Assembly (NCBI GenBank): GCA_965644295.1
Contig: CBFFRP010000520.1
Span: forward strand, 5,114 to 69,113
Origin: Paraphysomonas bandaiensis
Lineage: Eukaryota; Protista; Chrysophyceae
Length of the DNA: 64,000 bases
Direction: 5' to 3'
Shown here piece after piece: positions 60,153 through 64,000 of this stretch (positions are counted from its first letter, which is position 1; each line of letters starts with the position of its first letter). The translations under genes and the position numbers were made by a program. Below the pieces are notes generated by a model. It was not told where the DNA came from, searched no databases, and was given only the letters and a program-made list of their open reading frames with translations.

Positions 60153-61631
60153 ATGGACGCCACTGCCACTGCATCTGTGGACACAAAGAAACCAGTGCGG
60201 TCTGCTGAAAAGTCTCGAAACAGCACCTGTCCATTTGCCGACAGAGTTGCACGCCTCTCTATCGATGAGTTCGAAAGGCTGTGTCCGGCTAACATCCGAG
60301 AGTCTTATCAGCAGACTGTTCTTGCCACAATTCTGATTGAGAACACTCTGACGCATGACTTGAAGGTGGTTGCTCTGGGAGTGGGCACCAAGTTCATGTC
60401 CACTCTGCACGCAGATAGCAGCGGATCTCTGTCCAGGGACCACTTCTTGTGTGTGCGGGACTGTCACGCAGAGGTGTTGGCGAGAAGAGCGTTTCTCATG
60501 TATCTCTATGAAGAGGCCGATGCCGCACTCACAGGGCGCCCTAGCGCTGTACTAGAGCTCACAGTTCCCAGTCGAAAGAGGAGTCGAGAGGACTTGTCTC
60601 AGTCGGATAGTGCATGTTACTGCCCTCCATTGCGAATGAAGGATCACATACGCATTCATTTCTACACGTCATCCATGCCTTGTGGTAATGCATGTATAAA
60701 ACGATGGGCCAAGAGTAGTAAGGTGGTCCCTATAGAAGGCTTGACGAGTGTCGAATATCCTCATCCCCCGTCTCACCCACACCTTCACATAACGGCACGG
60801 GATCAAGGACAAGTGAGTGTATTAGTGAAGCGAGGAAGTTGTTGTACATTTCCACTCCTTCGTCCTCCATCATGGTGTCCCCCAGGCACTGCTCCCCCTA
60901 ATGGTGGTGCTAACGGTAGAGTGATGAGTTGCAGCGACAAGATGGCGATGTGGAATGCAGTCGGATTACAGGGTGCTCTTCTCGCGCGTCTTGTGCTGGC
61001 GCCGCTTAGACTCACCACCGTGACCGTGGGTAGAAAATTTAGTGAACCGCATGCTGCACGCGCTCTGTGCTGTCGACTACAGAGCTTTCGTTCCCCTGCC
61101 CCGCAATTCTCTTTCCCTCGAGCTGCTCACCCTACCCTTCTCTGTACAGCCATTAAACTGGATAGTGGGGCTATACGCACTGGACCAGAGGTGGAGACTG
61201 CAGGGAATGAAGTGATCGGGGCCAGTTTTTCGGAAAAACGTTGCCTGTACTGGTACAGTTGTGGTGATGAATGTGAAGAAAGTTATGAAAGGAGCGTTGT
61301 GGTCCTGGACGGCGACACAGGCAAGTTGTGGGAAGAAGGCCTACCGGCCGATATTTGCTCTGCTTCCCTATATGCGAAATATATGATGTGCCAAAGCAGA
61401 GTCAAGGGCGACATAGATAGTTATTCTCCTGGATACACATCGTTTGATGTCGAAGAATACCTACGTGCCAAACGCAGCCCCAATGCGGCGGATGATGGTG
61501 GTTATACTGTGACTAAAGATGCACTACTCTCGGATCCTCAGTACTTTGGAGAATGGGTGAGAACCTCCGCTAATCCTATTGTAATAGCTGAATATCAGCA
61601 GGTACAGACCACCCCAAATAAGGAGATATAG
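60153..61631 (+). CDS. ADAT1/ADAR-type adenosine deaminase (catalytic domain only, apparently intronless)
   Basis: VVALGVGTK, DCHAEVLARRAF, MPCGNA, MSCSDK..WNAVGLQGALL. No dsRBD seen. The first ATG of the long ORF is taken as the start. Confidence 0.9.
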   Translation: MDATATASVDTKKPVRSAEKSRNSTCPFADRVARLSIDEFERLCPANIRESYQQTVLATILIENTLTHDLKVVALGVGTKFMSTLHADSSGSLSRDHFLCVRDCHAEVLARRAFLMYLYEEADAALTGRPSAVLELTVPSRKRSREDLSQSDSACYCPPLRMKDHIRIHFYTSSMPCGNACIKRWAKSSKVVPIEGLTSVEYPHPPSHPHLHITARDQGQVSVLVKRGSCCTFPLLRPPSWCPPGTAPPNGGANGRVMSCSDKMAMWNAVGLQGALLARLVLAPLRLTTVTVGRKFSEPHAARALCCRLQSFRSPAPQFSFPRAAHPTLLCTAIKLDSGAIRTGPEVETAGNEVIGASFSEKRCLYWYSCGDECEESYERSVVVLDGDTGKLWEEGLPADICSASLYAKYMMCQSRVKGDIDSYSPGYTSFDVEEYLRAKRSPNAADDGGYTVTKDALLSDPQYFGEWVRTSANPIVIAEYQQVQTTPNKEI

Positions 61632-61837
61632 TTCACATAGTGATAATGTTGTGAGTAGTTTGTCAGTGTCTGTTCTTGTAGTATGCATGGATGGCATGTT
61701 TGGTTTGCATTGTGTATTGGCCTAATAGGTAGTCAAACTTGAAGTCCATGTAGATATTAAGATTCATTGATTCACGTATATCCCTTAATCTATTCGATTA
61801 GGGTTAGGGTTAGAGTAGAGAAAAGATAGGTGTTGGG

Positions 61838-61998
61838 TGGTGATTGCGGCGACGCACAAGCAGCTTCCGTAGCGTTAAATAGTAGGATAAAAAAGTGTGT
61901 ACTGATTAGTTACAGGTAGAGGTAAACTAGTTTGTCTAGCATTAATCTAGCTACTAAGTTGGTGCAGGTTTCTAACGCCTATTGTTAATAATAAGACT
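61838..61998 (-). repeat. Family R fragment inside the telomere junction
   Basis: Near-identical to 58628-58786 (one 2-bp indel, one substitution); flanked by CTATTCGATTAGGG at 61790-61803 and 61997-62010. Confidence 0.9.
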
Positions 61999-62004
61999 AT
62001 TCGA

Positions 62005-63971
62005 TTAGGGATAGGGTTAGGGTTAGGGTTAGGGTTAGGGTTAGGGTTAGGGTTAGGGTTAGGGTTAGGGTTAGGGTTAGGGTTAGGGTTAGGGTTAGGG
62101 TTAGGGTTAGGGTTAGGGTTAGGGTTAGGGTTAGGGTTAGGGTTAGGGTTAGGGTTAGGGTTAGGGTTAGGGTTAGGGTTAGGGTTAGGGTTAGGGTTAG
62201 GGTTAGGGTTAGGGTTAGGGTTAGGGTTAGGGTTAGGGTTAGGGTTAGGGTTAGGGTTAGGGTTAGGGTTAGGGTTAGGGTTAGGGTTAGGGTTAGGGTT
62301 AGGGTTAGGGTTAGGGTTAGGGTTAGGGTTAGGGTTAGGGTTAGGGTTAGGGTTAGGGTTAGGGTTAGGGTTAGGGTTAGGGTTAGGGTTAGGGTTAGGG
62401 TTAGGGTTAGGGTTAGGGTTAGGGTTAGGGTTAGGGTTAGGGTTAGGGTTAGGGTTAGGGTTAGGGTTAGGGTTAGGGTTAGGGTTAGGGTTAGGGTTAG
62501 GGTTAGGGTTAGGGTTAGGGTTAGGGTTAGGGTTAGGGTTAGGGTTAGGGTTAGGGTTAGGGTTAGGGTTAGGGTTAGGGTTAGGGTTAGGGTTAGGGTT
62601 AGGGTTAGGGTTAGGGTTAGGGTTAGGGTTAGGGTTAGGGTTAGGGTTAGGGTTAGGGTTAGGGTTAGGGTTAGGGTTAGGGTTAGGGTTAGGGTTAGGG
62701 TTAGGGTTAGGGTTAGGGTTAGGGTTAGGGTTAGGGTTAGGGTTAGGGTTAGGGTTAGGGTTAGGGTTAGGGTTAGGGTTAGGGTTAGGGTTAGGGTTAG
62801 GGTTAGGGTTAGGGTTAGGGTTAGGGTTAGGGTTAGGGTTAGGGTTAGGGTTAGGGTTAGGGTTAGGGTTAGGGTTAGGGTTAGGGTTAGGGTTAGGGTT
62901 AGGGTTAGGGTTAGGGTTAGGGTTAGGGTTAGGGTTAGGGTTAGGGTTAGGGTTAGGGTTAGGGTTAGGGTTAGGGTTAGGGTTAGGGTTAGGGTTAGGG
63001 TTAGGGTTAGGGTTAGGGTTAGGGTTAGGGTTAGGGTTAGGGTTAGGGTTAGGGTTAGGGTTAGGGTTAGGGTTAGGGTTAGGGTTAGGGTTAGGGTTAG
63101 GGTTAGGGTTAGGGTTAGGGTTAGGGTTAGGGTTAGGGTTAGGGTTAGGGTTAGGGTTAGGGTTAGGGTTAGGGTTAGGGTTAGGGTTAGGGTTAGGGTT
63201 AGGGTTAGGGTTAGGGTTAGGGTTAGGGTTAGGGTTAGGGTTAGGGTTAGGGTTAGGGTTAGGGTTAGGGTTAGGGTTAGGGTTAGGGTTAGGGTTAGGG
63301 TTAGGGTTAGGGTTAGGGTTAGGGTTAGGGTTAGGGTTAGGGTTAGGGTTAGGGTTAGGGTTAGGGTTAGGGTTAGGGTTAGGGTTAGGGTTAGGGTTAG
63401 GGTTAGGGTTAGGGTTAGGGTTAGGGTTAGGGTTAGGGTTAGGGTTAGGGTTAGGGTTAGGGTTAGGGTTAGGGTTAGGGTTAGGGTTAGGGTTAGGGTT
63501 AGGGTTAGGGTTAGGGTTAGGGTTAGGGTTAGGGTTAGGGTTAGGGTTAGGGTTAGGGTTAGGGTTAGGGTTAGGGTTAGGGTTAGGGTTAGGGTTAGGG
63601 TTAGGGTTAGGGTTAGGGTTAGGGTTAGGGTTAGGGTTAGGGTTAGGGTTAGGGTTAGGGTTAGGGTTAGGGTTAGGGTTAGGGTTAGGGTTAGGGTTAG
63701 GGTTAGGGTTAGGGTTAGGGTTAGGGTTAGGGTTAGGGTTAGGGTTAGGGTTAGGGTTAGGGTTAGGGTTAGGGTTAGGGTTAGGGTTAGGGTTAGGGTT
63801 AGGGTTAGGGTTAGGGTTAGGGTTAGGGTTAGGGTTAGGGTTAGGGTTAGGGTTAGGGTTAGGGTTAGGGTTAGGGTTAGGGTTAGGGTTAGGGTTAGGG
63901 TTAGGGTTAGGGTTAGGGTTAGGGTTAGGGTTAGGGTTAGGGTTAGGGTTAGGGTTAGGGTTAGGGTTAGG
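62005..63971 (+). repeat. Telomere, (TTAGGG)n, about 325 perfect units
   Basis: G-rich strand runs 5'->3' toward the end; one ATAGGG variant at 62011. Confidence 0.99.
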
Positions 63972-63976
63972 TTTAG

Positions 63977-64000
63977 AGCAATACGTAACTGAACGAAGTA
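63977..64000 (-). other. Oxford Nanopore ligation-adapter remnant (technical artefact)
   Basis: AGCAATACGTAACTGAACGAAGTA is the reverse complement of the ONT adapter sequence TACTTCGTTCAGTTACGTATTGCT. Confidence 0.95.

Overview
Terminal 64 kb of a eukaryotic chromosome. It ends in about 325 TTAGGG repeats followed by an untrimmed Oxford Nanopore adapter remnant. Genes are compact with short (about 45-100 nt) GT-AG introns; gene content and style suggest a stramenopile or similar protist (inference only). Host genes: EEF1AKNMT/METTL13 (5' part), YIPF5 x2, a 223-aa hypothetical x2, a His-rich hypothetical, RMND5/GID2, two ZIP transporters, an ShKT-aldo-keto reductase fusion, another hypothetical, a secreted thioredoxin, V-ATPase subunit e (missed by the ORF track), a U-box-dynamin fusion, PEX16, a choice-of-anchor-B-like protein, a PH-domain PI4-kinase, PCCB, and an ADAT/ADAR-type deaminase that stops about 170 bp before the first telomeric repeat. 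Most genes form head-to-head pairs around CA/TG/TAC-rich spacers, and transposon debris fills the other gaps. Mobile and structural features: an intact, very recent Ty1/copia element with non-canonical TA...TT ends and an extra domain; a 3.5-kb tandem duplication whose second copy carries 2,086 extra bp; hAT remnants and a MITE; and an unidentified multi-copy decayed gene family, one fragment of which sits inside the telomere junction between 14-bp direct repeats. All family assignments are from motif recognition by eye, not from database searches.
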